DNA of 64,000 nucleotides from contig JBDRSV010000024.1 in the NCBI GenBank assembly GCA_043824495.1, positions 91,056 to 155,055 of the forward strand. Reading direction: 5' to 3'. Below the pieces are notes generated by a model. It was not told where the DNA came from, did not search any database, and saw nothing but the letters and a program-made list of their open reading frames with translations. Position 1 is the stretch's first letter. Each line of letters starts with the position of its first letter. Positions 1-9,031 of this stretch are shown one piece after another. The DNA comes from Candidatus Aenigmatarchaeota archaeon (GTDB lineage Archaea > Aenigmatarchaeota > Aenigmatarchaeia > QMZP01). The position numbers and the translations under genes are program-made.

Positions 1-767
1 TTTTCTATCCCAACCACTTTTCTATGCTGGGCGACATCCAAGTAAAAGGCGCCGTAAATGCTATTCCGAAAACGGCTACAGCAGAAATTTGGGTGGCATA
101 TCTCGATTCGAACGGAATCGAAGAGAGACTACGTCCCATCAGATCCGAGCTGAAAAAGGAATTTGCATCAAGCGATTCCAATCTCGCGATCATATTCAGG
201 TCTAGTTCTCGGACTGAGTTTATGGCAGACGAAGTGGCGCATGATGTGATCAATTTTCTCCTGGAGATGCCAGACGGTGTCATTAGCATGTCACTTGATC
301 TGGAGGATGTTCCATACACATCCTCGAATGTTGGAGTCGTGAAAATCGAAAACGACTCTCTGGTTGTGGAAATATTGTCCCGATCCTTCTCTGATGACGA
401 TCTTTCCTGTATGAAAATGGAGATCGATCGCATCTGCCAGAGTCACAGTGCCACTGTAGAGTTCCCTGTAGAATCTTCAGGTTGGGAACCAAACCCTGAC
501 TCATATCTCCTTCAGGTCGCGCAAAAAACATGGGGTGAATGCGTTGGTGAGAATCTCAAACTTGTGGCAGTTCACGCAGGGTTGGAAGCTGGCGCAATTC
601 AAAACCGATGTGAAATCCTGTTTCCTAACAGGATAATGGACGTCATCTCACTTGGCCCCCAAATCGAGAAATCACACACATCAGATGAGAGAGCGTCCAT
701 CACATCCGTCGTCCAACTCTACAATTTCATGAAAGTTTTCGTGCTCGAATTGGTACATGAAAACTGA
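1..767 (+). CDS. pepD: M20-family aminoacyl-histidine dipeptidase (PepD-like), C-terminal part; 5' end outside window
   Basis: Frame is open from nt 3 to the stop at 767. C-terminal HAGLEAGAI...SLGPQIEKSHTSDERASITSV resembles PepD/M20C. Confidence 0.55.
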   Translation, partial: FYPNHFSMLGDIQVKGAVNAIPKTATAEIWVAYLDSNGIEERLRPIRSELKKEFASSDSNLAIIFRSSSRTEFMADEVAHDVINFLLEMPDGVISMSLDLEDVPYTSSNVGVVKIENDSLVVEILSRSFSDDDLSCMKMEIDRICQSHSATVEFPVESSGWEPNPDSYLLQVAQKTWGECVGENLKLVAVHAGLEAGAIQNRCEILFPNRIMDVISLGPQIEKSHTSDERASITSVVQLYNFMKVFVLELVHEN

Positions 768-876
768 TTGAGGTCTGTAGTGAATCACGTAGAAAAAAAG
801 GAACAGAAGAGAATGTTAATTTTTTCAAATCAAGCAGCGAACAACAAAGTTCGCTCAGAAAACTGAGGTGATTTTC

Positions 877-2388
877 ATGACTCAACAGGAAGCCCTCACA
901 AGGCTTACAAAACTCTGGGGAAAGGCTGCACTTCTCGATTCTTGTGGCCAGCTTCTGGGATGGGACGAACGAGTTTACATGCCCAGAAAGGGTGCAAAAC
1001 ATCGCGCAGATCAGCTTGCCATGGTGGCGGGAATGGTGCATGAACTCCAGGTTGATCCCAGAATCGGTGATCTTCTGGGTGCAATCAGCGGAAGTGATCT
1101 GGTTCGCGACCCGAGTTCAGACGCTGACGTCATCGTCCGCGAAATCGGCCGGGCTCACTACCGGCTGGTGAAAATGCCGCAATCGCTGGTCGAAGAGATC
1201 ACGCGCGTCACTACGCTCGCCCAGGGTGCGTGGGGCGAGGCGCGCGCCAACTCCGACTTCAAGTCGTTCAAGCCATGGCTGGAGAAAGTCATCGCACTGA
1301 AGAAGCAGGAAGCCGAAGCCGTCGGGTACAAAGACGATCCATACGATGCCATGCTCGATGTTTACGAGCCGGGCGCAACGGTCACCTCAATCGACGAGAT
1401 CTTCGCCAAGAACCGTGAAGAACTCGTGATGCTCCTCGATAAGATCAAAGGCTCGGGCAAAGGCCCCGACACCACGATCATCACCCGTGAATATCCAATC
1501 GAAGCACAGAAGACATTCGGTCACGAGGGCGCTGCCGCAATCGGTTTCGACTTCGAGCGCGGTCGTCTCGATATCACGACCCACCCCTTTTGCGCCGGCA
1601 TCGGCCCCGGCGATACGCGCATCACCACTCGTTACGATGTCCATCATTTCCCCGGCGCGTTCTTCGGTATACTGCACGAGGCCGGACACGGTATCTACGA
1701 CCAATGTCTGCCCGATGACAAGTTTGGCAGTCCGCTGGGTGAGTATATCTCGCTCGGTATCCACGAGTCGCAGTCGCGCATGTGGGAAAATATGGTCGGA
1801 CGCTCACGCGCCTTCTGGACACGCATGTATCCCAAAGCGCAGAAGGCATTCCCCAAAGCGTTAGGCGATGTTCCGGTTGACGCGTTCTATTGGGCGATCA
1901 ACGACGTCCGTCCGTCGTTCATCCGTGTCGAAGCCGACGAGGCCACTTACAACCTGCACATTCTGCTGCGTTTCGAAATGGAGCGCGCGTTCTTCTCGGG
2001 TGACTTGAAGGTCGATGACATCCCGGGCGCCTGGAACGAGAAATTCAAATCATACTTCGGCATCACCCCGCCCAATGACGCGCAGGGCTGCATGCAGGAC
2101 GTTCACTGGAGCGCGGGACTGGTTGGCTATTTCCCGACCTACGCACTTGGCAATCTCTACTCTGCGCAGTTCTTCGCCAAAGCCAACGAGGATCTCGGCG
2201 ACCTCCACGCCCAATTCGCCAAGGGCGAGTTCGCACCGCTGAAGAAGTGGCTGCAAGACAACATCCACAGCCACGGCCGCCGCTATCTCGCATGCGAGCT
2301 GGTCGAACGTGTCACCGGCAAGCCGCTCGGCTCCGAAGCGGTGATGGCGTACATGAACAAGAAGTTCGGTGAACTCTACGGCTTCTGA
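877..2388 (+). CDS. Carboxypeptidase Taq-type metallocarboxypeptidase (peptidase family M32)
   Basis: HEAGHG (HExxH), HESQSR and DVHWS...GYFPTYALG motifs. GAGG lies 9 nt upstream of ATG 877 (the track ORF starts at GTG 868). Confidence 0.9.
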   Translation: MTQQEALTRLTKLWGKAALLDSCGQLLGWDERVYMPRKGAKHRADQLAMVAGMVHELQVDPRIGDLLGAISGSDLVRDPSSDADVIVREIGRAHYRLVKMPQSLVEEITRVTTLAQGAWGEARANSDFKSFKPWLEKVIALKKQEAEAVGYKDDPYDAMLDVYEPGATVTSIDEIFAKNREELVMLLDKIKGSGKGPDTTIITREYPIEAQKTFGHEGAAAIGFDFERGRLDITTHPFCAGIGPGDTRITTRYDVHHFPGAFFGILHEAGHGIYDQCLPDDKFGSPLGEYISLGIHESQSRMWENMVGRSRAFWTRMYPKAQKAFPKALGDVPVDAFYWAINDVRPSFIRVEADEATYNLHILLRFEMERAFFSGDLKVDDIPGAWNEKFKSYFGITPPNDAQGCMQDVHWSAGLVGYFPTYALGNLYSAQFFAKANEDLGDLHAQFAKGEFAPLKKWLQDNIHSHGRRYLACELVERVTGKPLGSEAVMAYMNKKFGELYGF

Positions 2389-2539
2389 GAAGTACAATAC
2401 ACCGAATAAACCAGAGTCACTAAAACCCGATAACCTTTAATCCCAGTGGCTAGTAGTGTCGGTCGCTGGGCTGTGGTTCGAGGGAGTTCGCCACAAGAGG
2501 CTCGATGTTCAAGGAGACTGGACTCGAAAGGTTGACAAC

Positions 2540-2947
2540 ATGATGAGACGCATGATTTTCTTGTTGCTGTCGCTTCTGCTGGTGATCAGTTGCTCAGACT
2601 CGGATACTTCAGACGGTTTCTTCCCAAGTCTTGACGAGCAGTATGCTCAGGGTCTGGGAATGTCTTCTGACAAACCATTTCAGGGATTTTATGATCTTAG
2701 TAGTGGATGCAAGATCATACCTGGTGGTCATGTCGAAATTTGCTGCAGAATCCAAGGCGGTCTTAGTCTGGCTGTCAAGGACGCAGTGAATCGCTCCGAT
2801 CGACTAAAAATAGAATTCGGTGGTATCGAGAGCGTCTTATTCGAATCTGGTCAGACAGAAGACACCTTGCGATTGACGGCGATTTCCGAAAAACACCGCG
2901 AGAAAAGGTTGTACATTGTGGTGGTGAACAGTGCTGTGGGGACATAG
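2540..2947 (+). CDS. Putative lipoprotein
   Basis: MMRRMIFLLLSLLLVISC is a signal peptide with a lipobox-like Cys. Start chosen at the in-frame ATG 2540. Confidence 0.5.
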   Translation: MMRRMIFLLLSLLLVISCSDSDTSDGFFPSLDEQYAQGLGMSSDKPFQGFYDLSSGCKIIPGGHVEICCRIQGGLSLAVKDAVNRSDRLKIEFGGIESVLFESGQTEDTLRLTAISEKHREKRLYIVVVNSAVGT

Positions 2948-2964
2948 GTTCTCGCCGCGAATCC

Positions 2965-3004
2965 AAACAGGTATTCAAGAAGAGTCAATTCCTTCTGCCT
3001 GTTT
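2965..3004 (+). terminator. Hairpin terminator after the last gene of block I1
   Basis: AAACAGG (2965-2971) pairs with CCTGTTT (2998-3004), with an inner AGAAG/CTTCT pairing, followed by TTTTTAATTT. Confidence 0.55.
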
Positions 3005-3009
3005 TTAAT

Positions 3010-3030
3010 TTGTCTAATTAAAGGGATATA
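3010..3030 (-). repeat. Junction motif copy a (reverse complement TATATCCCTTTAATTAGACAA)
   Basis: Read directly from the sequence. GC-rich block on the left, AT-rich r-protein operon on the right. Confidence 0.9.
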
Positions 3031-3110
3031 GAAAGAAAAAATTAGAAATGTTCAGACATATAAACCTTATAAACTATAATGCTCAATAATTGGTATAATT
3101 CGAAAGGAAA

Positions 3111-3458
3111 ATGACATATATGAAAGCTAAGACAGATATTGGGGTTGGTTTGAAGCCACCTGAGCATAAATGTGAAGAAGAAAACTGTGCATGGCACGGG
3201 AAATTGCCTGTCAGAGGCAGAGTGTTTAGAGGTAGAGTTAGGGCCGCTAAATCTCAGAAAACAGCTATAATCGACTGGGGATTCCATAGATTCGTGCCTA
3301 AATACGAGAGATATGAGAGAAGAAAATCAAGAGTGACTGTTCATAATCCTGGCTGTATGAATGCTAAAGAAGGGGATAATGTTGTAATAGCAGAATGCAG
3401 ACCAATTTCAAAGACAAAGCACTTTGTAATTGTTGGTGTGCAAAAGGAAGGAAAATAA
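3111..3458 (+). CDS. rps17: 30S ribosomal protein S17
   Basis: KCEEENCAWHGKLPVRGRVFRGRV...TVHNPGCMNAKEGDNVVIAECRPISKTK is archaeal S17-like. Operon context. Confidence 0.9.
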   Translation: MTYMKAKTDIGVGLKPPEHKCEEENCAWHGKLPVRGRVFRGRVRAAKSQKTAIIDWGFHRFVPKYERYERRKSRVTVHNPGCMNAKEGDNVVIAECRPISKTKHFVIVGVQKEGK

Positions 3459-3459
3459 T

Positions 3460-3858
3460 ATGAAAGCGATATCAGCCAATATGACAAGGTGTTTGCCTGT
3501 GGGAGCAAGAATTAATTGTGTAGATAATTCAGGAGCAAAAATAATTAGAATAATTTCTGTAAGAGGATTTAAAGGTATACGAAGAACAATTCCTTCAACT
3601 GGTATTGCTGGTTTATTCCAGTGTAAAGTACTCAAAGGAAATGAGAAAGTTCGACATCTGGTTCATAAAGCTGTTATTGTAAGACAAACAAAAGAATTCA
3701 GAAGAGCAGACGGAACAAGAGTGTCATTCGAAGATAATGCAGCTGTATTAGTGGATGACAAAGGGGATCCAAAGGGTAATAGCATCAAGGGTCCTATTGC
3801 AAGGGAAGTTGTTGAGAGATTCCCAACAATTGGTAAGATTGCAAGCACAGTAGTTTAA
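3460..3858 (+). CDS. rpl14: 50S ribosomal protein L14
   Basis: INCVDNSGAKIIRIISV... is L14-like. Start at ATG 3460 just after the S17 stop. Confidence 0.9.
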   Translation: MKAISANMTRCLPVGARINCVDNSGAKIIRIISVRGFKGIRRTIPSTGIAGLFQCKVLKGNEKVRHLVHKAVIVRQTKEFRRADGTRVSFEDNAAVLVDDKGDPKGNSIKGPIAREVVERFPTIGKIASTVV

Positions 3859-4211
3859 TGGTGACTGACATGACAGATAACATAGATTTCAGTGAATTCC
3901 AAAAAGTTAATATAAGAATAGGAACAATTGAAGCAGCTGAGCCTGTTGAGAACACAGAAAAGCTGTTGAGGCTTCAAATAAGTTTAGGCGAAGAGAAGAG
4001 ACAAATTGTTTCTAGTATAGCAAAGGATTTCACACCTGATCAACTCATTGGTAAGCAAATACCAATACTTACCAACCTGGAGCCAAAAAGTTTCAGAGGA
4101 ATTGAAAGTCAGGGTATGATCTTACTGGTCGTAGAGGAACAAGATGGTTCAGAAAAGCTCACATTAATAACGCCTGAAAATAAAGTTCCTACAGGATCTA
4201 CAGTCAGGTAA
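3858..4211 (+). CDS. tRNA-binding domain protein (Trbp111/CsaA/MetRS-C-like)
   Basis: FQKVNIRIGTIEAAEP...KLLRLQISLGEEKRQIVSSI...NLEPKSFRGIESQGMILL matches the OB-fold tRNA-binding domain pattern. Confidence 0.7.
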   Translation: MVTDMTDNIDFSEFQKVNIRIGTIEAAEPVENTEKLLRLQISLGEEKRQIVSSIAKDFTPDQLIGKQIPILTNLEPKSFRGIESQGMILLVVEEQDGSEKLTLITPENKVPTGSTVR

Positions 4212-4216
4212 GAGTA

Positions 4217-4561
4217 ATGTCAAAAAAGAGAACAGTTGCAATATTGGTGGGGATATTAATGTTGTTATTGGTATTCCTGGTCGTACTACCGCTATCATTC
4301 GACTCTTCATTGGGAGCTGACTCATTACCTGATTCAGCTTTTTATGAAATTGAATTAGCAGGTGAGAACATAGCATGTGGTATATCACTTGATAGAAAAG
4401 CATGTTTGCTTGAACTTGCTAATGAAAGAGACCAAGAAGTGGAAGAGTTAAATATAAAACAAAGAAGATTATTCGATGAAGATGAAAAGCAACAGTATGA
4501 ATTGCTCATAATTAAAACTGAAAACGCAGCTTCGAGATTAAGAATCGAGGCACTAAAATAG
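4217..4561 (+). CDS. Hypothetical membrane-anchored protein
   Basis: N-terminal TM helix (VAILVGILMLLLVFLVVLPL) with a charged, coiled-coil-like C-terminus. Confidence 0.5.
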   Translation: MSKKRTVAILVGILMLLLVFLVVLPLSFDSSLGADSLPDSAFYEIELAGENIACGISLDRKACLLELANERDQEVEELNIKQRRLFDEDEKQQYELLIIKTENAASRLRIEALK

Positions 4562-4569
4562 GAGATCAA

Positions 4570-5094
4570 ATGAAACAGACATGGTCTAAAGACTGGTTGA
4601 GTTCAAAACAACCAAGAAAGCAAAGGAAATATAGAGCTAATGCACCGCTCCATATTAGACGTAAGTTTATTTCTGCACACTTGAGTGAAGATTTGAGAAG
4701 ACAATTCAGTAGAAGAGCATTCCCTCTAAGAAAAGGTGATCAAGTAGAAATTATGAGAGGTAGCTTCAGAGGTAAGAAAGGTCAGGTAACTCGAGTAAAC
4801 TTGTCAAAAAGTAAAGTTTACGTTGAAGGTGTAAACGTGAAAAAAGTGGATGGATCTGAAGTTGCAAGAGGAATCCAACCTTCCAACATTAGAATAATCA
4901 GTCTGAACCTTGACGATAAAAAGAGAAGAATCGCTGTAGACAGAACAAGAGACCAGAAAAAATCTGTAAAAGAAACAGTCAAAGAAGTGAAAACAGAAAA
5001 AGAAACAAAACCGGTAGCTAAACCAGATAAATCAAAAGTTCCAGCGAAAGAAGCTAAAACCACTCCTAAAAAATTAACAAAGGAAGGGAAATGA
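4570..5094 (+). CDS. rpl24: 50S ribosomal protein L24 with Lys-rich C-terminal extension
   Basis: KQPRKQRKYRANAPLHIRRKF...KGDQVEIMRGSFRGKKGQV (KOW motif). Operon position. Confidence 0.9.
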   Translation: MKQTWSKDWLSSKQPRKQRKYRANAPLHIRRKFISAHLSEDLRRQFSRRAFPLRKGDQVEIMRGSFRGKKGQVTRVNLSKSKVYVEGVNVKKVDGSEVARGIQPSNIRIISLNLDDKKRRIAVDRTRDQKKSVKETVKEVKTEKETKPVAKPDKSKVPAKEAKTTPKKLTKEGK

Positions 5095-5135
5095 GTTACT
5101 TTATGCTTAAATAGTTAATAATTAAGAGGTTTGAT

Positions 5136-5846
5136 ATGTCACATTTAAAGAGATACGCGATGCCAAGGAACTGGCCAGTTGAGGTCAAGAAGAAAATTTT
5201 TATAGTTAGACCTATGCCTGGGCCTCATGCTATAAATAGATGCATACCTCTAAAAATTCTGATTAAAGATTCTCTAGACTATGCAGATACATCAAGAGAA
5301 GCAAAGAAAATTATCACATCAGGAAAAGTTAAAGTTGATGGTGTGATAAGAAGAGATGTTAAGTTTCCTGTGGGATTGATGGATGTTATAGAATTGCCTG
5401 ATGCAAAGGAAGCTTATAGAGTTGTTCTCAATAGAAGAGGAATAATATTGAAGAAGATAAAATCTGATTCTGATAAGAAATTATGTTTAATCAAAAACAA
5501 AGTGAGTGTTAAAAAAGGACATTTTCAACTAAATCTTCATGACGGTAGAAATATACTCCTAAAAACAGGAGCTGACGCTTACAAAACAGGCGATTCCATT
5601 GTTATCCAACTTTCTGATAATAAAATACTCAAGCACTACAAACTAGAAAAAGGAGTACCAGCTTTCATATACGCAGGAAAGAATATGGGTGTCTCAGGAA
5701 CAATAAAGGAAATCAAAAAGAAGAAAACAATGGTAGAGAAATCTGTTATTATATTTAAGACTGATGAAAAAGAAATGGAAACCCTTAAGGGTTACGTTTT
5801 CCCAGGTTACTTGGATTTGGGTGAATCTGGAAAGGAGAGTAAATGA
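5136..5846 (+). CDS. rps4e: 30S ribosomal protein S4e
   Basis: MSHLKRYAMPRNWPV...GPHA... is S4e-like. Operon position. Confidence 0.9.
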   Translation: MSHLKRYAMPRNWPVEVKKKIFIVRPMPGPHAINRCIPLKILIKDSLDYADTSREAKKIITSGKVKVDGVIRRDVKFPVGLMDVIELPDAKEAYRVVLNRRGIILKKIKSDSDKKLCLIKNKVSVKKGHFQLNLHDGRNILLKTGADAYKTGDSIVIQLSDNKILKHYKLEKGVPAFIYAGKNMGVSGTIKEIKKKKTMVEKSVIIFKTDEKEMETLKGYVFPGYLDLGESGKESK

Positions 5847-6352
5847 CAGAAAACCCAATGAGACAGATAAGAATAGAGAAGGTCACTGTAAACATGGGAG
5901 CAGGTGAAGCCGGAGCTAAGTTAGATAATTCTGTTAAGCTTATTGAAAAATTAACAGGAGCTAAAATTGTTATTACAAAAACACATAAAAGAACCACATT
6001 CGGTGGACCAAAGAAAAAACCTATTGGAGCCAAAACAACTCTAAGAGGTAAAAAAGCTGAAGAATTCTTAGAGCTAATGTTAAAAGCTGTTGAAAATAAA
6101 TTAAGAAAAAAACAATTTGATGTTAATGGAAATTTCTCTTTTGGTATAAAAGAATACATTGATATACCAGGTGTCAAATACGATCCAGATATTGGAATTA
6201 TGGGAATGGATATCTGTGTAACATTACAAAGACCTGGATATAGAGTTAAGAATAGAAAAATAAATCAAAGAAAGATTGGGATGAAACACAACATTAAAAA
6301 AGAGGACTCCATGGAATTCATGAAAACTAGATTTAAGGTAGAGGTAGTTTAG
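5843..6352 (+). CDS. rpl5: 50S ribosomal protein L5
   Basis: NPMRQIRIEKVTVNMGAGEAG...FGIKEYIDIPGVKYDPDIGIMGMD. Confidence 0.9.
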   Translation: MTENPMRQIRIEKVTVNMGAGEAGAKLDNSVKLIEKLTGAKIVITKTHKRTTFGGPKKKPIGAKTTLRGKKAEEFLELMLKAVENKLRKKQFDVNGNFSFGIKEYIDIPGVKYDPDIGIMGMDICVTLQRPGYRVKNRKINQRKIGMKHNIKKEDSMEFMKTRFKVEVV

Positions 6353-6574
6353 ATGTCATTTTTAAAAGTTAGAAAACAGATAGAGAAAAAACCTATCAAG
6401 GTTGCAAGATATGATAAATTTAACAAACCAAAAAAGAGAAAATTCGGAAAAAATATTCATAGATGCGCAAAATGTAACAGAACAGGCGGGATGATAAATA
6501 AGTACGATTTACATTATTGTAGACAGTGCTTCAGAGAACAAGCAGAAAAATTAGGATTTGTAAAATATAGTTAG
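6353..6574 (+). CDS. rps14: 30S ribosomal protein S14 (zinc-binding type)
   Basis: CAKCNRTGGMINKYDLHYCRQCFRE with CxxC...CxxC. Operon position. Confidence 0.85.
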   Translation: MSFLKVRKQIEKKPIKVARYDKFNKPKKRKFGKNIHRCAKCNRTGGMINKYDLHYCRQCFREQAEKLGFVKYS

Positions 6575-6582
6575 GAGTTAAT

Positions 6583-6969
6583 ATGAGACACGATTTAATT
6601 TCAGATGCATTATGCATAATAAAAAACGCAGAATTCATTGGTAAAAAGGAGTGTAAGGTTCCTGTGTCTAAGTTAATTAAAGGTATGTTGACAATCATAA
6701 AAACCAATGAATACATTAAGGATTTCAAGTTAACACATGAAGAGAAAGGAGATTATTTTCATGTTCATCTTGCAGGTAAAATAAATGATTGTAATTCTAT
6801 TAGACCACAATACTCATTCCAAGTAAAAGACGTTGTTAAATGGGAAAAAAGATTCCTTCCAGCAAGAGAGATAGGAATTTTAATTATTACCACATCAAAG
6901 GGCATAATGGATCAAAGACAAGCAGAAAAAGAAAAATCCGGTGGTAGATTACTGGGTTATGTTTACTAG
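6583..6969 (+). CDS. rps8: 30S ribosomal protein S8
   Basis: DLISDALCIIKNAE...ITTSKGIMDQRQAEKEKSGGRLLGYVY. Confidence 0.9.
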   Translation: MRHDLISDALCIIKNAEFIGKKECKVPVSKLIKGMLTIIKTNEYIKDFKLTHEEKGDYFHVHLAGKINDCNSIRPQYSFQVKDVVKWEKRFLPAREIGILIITTSKGIMDQRQAEKEKSGGRLLGYVY

Positions 6970-6977
6970 GTGATTAT

Positions 6978-7241
6978 ATGATAACAAGCAGAGACATTAA
7001 ACATGCAGAAGAGCAAAAAAAATTGTTGATTGGAACAAAAAGTATAGTGAAATCACTAAAAATCGGGGAACTGGAAAGAGTCATTTATGCTTCTAATTGC
7101 CCAGAATCCACATTGAAGGATATAAATTATTATTTAAAATTAACTAAAACTGAAGTGGAATTATTCGATGGAAATTCTTCAAAACTAGGTGAAACCTGCG
7201 GTAAACCCTTTAATATACTTATGATCGCAATAAAGAAGTAG
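6978..7241 (+). CDS. rpl30e: 50S ribosomal protein L30e
   Basis: LLIGTKSIVKSLKIGELERVIYASNCP...GNSSKLGETCGKPFNILMIAIK. Confidence 0.8.
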   Translation: MITSRDIKHAEEQKKLLIGTKSIVKSLKIGELERVIYASNCPESTLKDINYYLKLTKTEVELFDGNSSKLGETCGKPFNILMIAIKK

Positions 7242-7247
7242 ATAAAT

Positions 7248-7652
7248 ATGCCAATAAAACTAGAAACAATGACAATTAGAACTATTGCAACATTTGAAAA
7301 CGTAACGAACGTTCATGCGGTGGATTGCATAATTGCAGACGATTACATGTGTTTTCTTGTTGATCCTGAAAAAGTTGGCTTAGCAATTGGCAAAAACGGA
7401 TCAACAATAAAACAATTAAGAAAAATGTTTAATAAACAAATAAAAGTGTTCGGTTACTACAGAGATCCAGAATCTCTTGTAAAGGGGGTAATACCCGAAG
7501 TAATTGAAATAGAACAAAATAGTGGAGCTTTGGTAGCTACTCTCCCAAGCGGAGAAAAATTATCTATAATAGAGAAAAACAACAAGAATATTAAGATACT
7601 AAAGGAAATATTAAAGAGACATTTTTCCATCAAGACATTAAAACTCAGATAA
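7248..7652 (+). CDS. nusA: Archaeal NusA-like KH-domain protein
   Basis: KVGLAIGKNGSTIKQLRKMF (KH GxxG). Sits in the L30e-NusA-S12-S7 context typical of archaea. Confidence 0.8.
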   Translation: MPIKLETMTIRTIATFENVTNVHAVDCIIADDYMCFLVDPEKVGLAIGKNGSTIKQLRKMFNKQIKVFGYYRDPESLVKGVIPEVIEIEQNSGALVATLPSGEKLSIIEKNNKNIKILKEILKRHFSIKTLKLR

Positions 7653-7657
7653 GATAT

Positions 7658-8287
7658 ATGATTCAAATGAAAATTAAGATAATAAAAAAATCTGGAAATG
7701 ACCTTGAATTCACAGCTGAAAACATCAGTATACCTTTAGCAAATGCACTTAGAAGGATAATGATTTCTGAAGTGCCAACATTATCAGTTGACTGGATTGA
7801 TATTCATAATAATACATCTGTTTTGTTTGATGAGATGATATCTCACAGAATTGGTTTAATTCCAATAAAATTCAACCCTGATAAATTTAACTTTATAGAT
7901 GATTGTAAATGTGAAGGCAAAGGATGTACATTGTGTCAAGCAGTGTTCTCAGTGACCAAGAAAGGTCCATGTATTGTTTATTCGGGGGACATGAAACCTG
8001 CAAACAAAGAAGCAATTTTCACAGATCCTAAATTCCCTATAGTTGAACTTCTAGAAAATCAAGAAATCAAACTAGATGCTATTGCAAGACTTGGAATAGG
8101 ACAAAATCACTCAAAGAATCAAGCAGCTATAGCAGCATATGAATATGATGGTGACGGAAAAGCATTGAAATTTAAATTTAAGATAGAGTCTGTATCAGGT
8201 TTGAAACCTGATTACATTGTTGAAAAAGCAGCACATATATTAGAATTAAAAGCAGCGGAATTTAAGAAGGAAGTCAATAAGATATGA
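7658..8287 (+). CDS. rpoD: DNA-directed RNA polymerase subunit D (Rpo3)
   Basis: IPLANALRRIMISEVPTLSVDWIDIHNNTSVLFDEMISHRIGLIPI, with a Cys cluster CKCEGKGCTLC. Confidence 0.85.
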   Translation: MIQMKIKIIKKSGNDLEFTAENISIPLANALRRIMISEVPTLSVDWIDIHNNTSVLFDEMISHRIGLIPIKFNPDKFNFIDDCKCEGKGCTLCQAVFSVTKKGPCIVYSGDMKPANKEAIFTDPKFPIVELLENQEIKLDAIARLGIGQNHSKNQAAIAAYEYDGDGKALKFKFKIESVSGLKPDYIVEKAAHILELKAAEFKKEVNKI

Positions 8288-8496
8288 GCGCTCAATTGGT
8301 TGTATCCTGGATCCTTGGTAGCATATTCATGCTAGGAGGGGTATGGATAATAACAAACCTCGAGATGAATCTTGGGGTGACCGAGTCCTCTTATATTGTC
8401 GCTCTTATTATAGCATTTATCATGTTCCTTCTAGCTGGTTTCCTATGGATTTCGGTTGCCGTGGGTACAGAAAAACAGCCGCATCACCACCATTAA
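8284..8496 (+). CDS. Small two-TM membrane protein ending in HHHH
   Basis: Two hydrophobic helices. ATGA overlap with the rpoD stop. GC is higher than in neighbouring genes. Confidence 0.4.
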   Translation: MSAQLVVSWILGSIFMLGGVWIITNLEMNLGVTESSYIVALIIAFIMFLLAGFLWISVAVGTEKQPHHHH

Positions 8497-8606
8497 TTCC
8501 GAAATGAGCTATTCCTGCATTTATAAATATTTATATCAATAAGAACCAATATACTCACAAAATCTATATAAATCCTTGAGCTGAATAAGCTCATACAAGT
8601 GATATC

Positions 8607-9029
8607 ATGGGACAATTTGGAGCACGAGAATTAAAGAAAAAGAGGAAAAAGTTTAGATGGAAATCTACAAAACACAAGAGACATCAGCTAAAATTATGGA
8701 AGAAATCACCTCTTAGAGGAGCTCCTATCGGAAAAGGTATAGTTCTTAAGAAGAAGGGTATTGAACAAAAACAGCCACATTCTGGTATTATTAAAGCTGT
8801 CAGAGTACAGATAGTTAAAAACGGTATTAATGTTACAGCATTTGTACCAAAAACAGGTGCAATCAAGCATATAGACGAGCATGACGAAGTAACAATAGAA
8901 GGAATGGGCGGATCTCAGGGTGGAGCTGTCGGTTCTATGCACGGTATCAAGTTTAAGGTTTTCAAGGTGAATAATATTTCTTTGAAAGAAATTCTAAAGG
9001 GGAAAAAACAGAAGTCTAAGGGCGGTTAA
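8607..9029 (+). CDS. rps12: 30S ribosomal protein S12
   Basis: [40 protein letters not shown] is S12-like. Confidence 0.9.
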   Translation: MGQFGARELKKKRKKFRWKSTKHKRHQLKLWKKSPLRGAPIGKGIVLKKKGIEQKQPHSGIIKAVRVQIVKNGINVTAFVPKTGAIKHIDEHDEVTIEGMGGSQGGAVGSMHGIKFKVFKVNNISLKEILKGKKQKSKGG

Positions 9030-9031
9030 TT

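Larger units (their letters stand above)
1..3009. other. GC-rich bacterial-type block I1 (left edge outside window)
   Basis: Sample line 1201-1260 hand-counted at 44/60 G+C versus ~32-38% in the backbone. Genes are bacterial-type with a GAGG RBS and a hairpin terminator. Ends at junction motif 3010-3030. Confidence 0.7.

Noticed and set aside
5-433. 142-aa minus-strand ORF and similar long antisense ORFs in GC-rich blocks (e.g. 1387..1764, 29846..30304, 31297..31830, 32111..32590, 33934..34350)
   Set aside because: They lie antisense to, or overlap, better-supported genes. They have R/P/S-rich or low-complexity translations and no RBS. Such ORFs are expected by chance in GC-rich DNA.
5785-6177. 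130-aa minus-strand ORF
   Set aside because: It is antisense to the well-supported rpl5 gene.
7194-7212. CCCTTTAATATAC inside rpl30e, resembling the motif core
   Set aside because: It is a partial match within conserved coding sequence (GKPFNIL), with no compositional junction, so it is treated as coincidence.
8284-8496. C-terminal HHHH tail as a sign of a cloning or vector artefact
   Set aside because: There are only four His residues, the gene is embedded by an ATGA overlap in a native operon, and no vector-like sequence flanks it.
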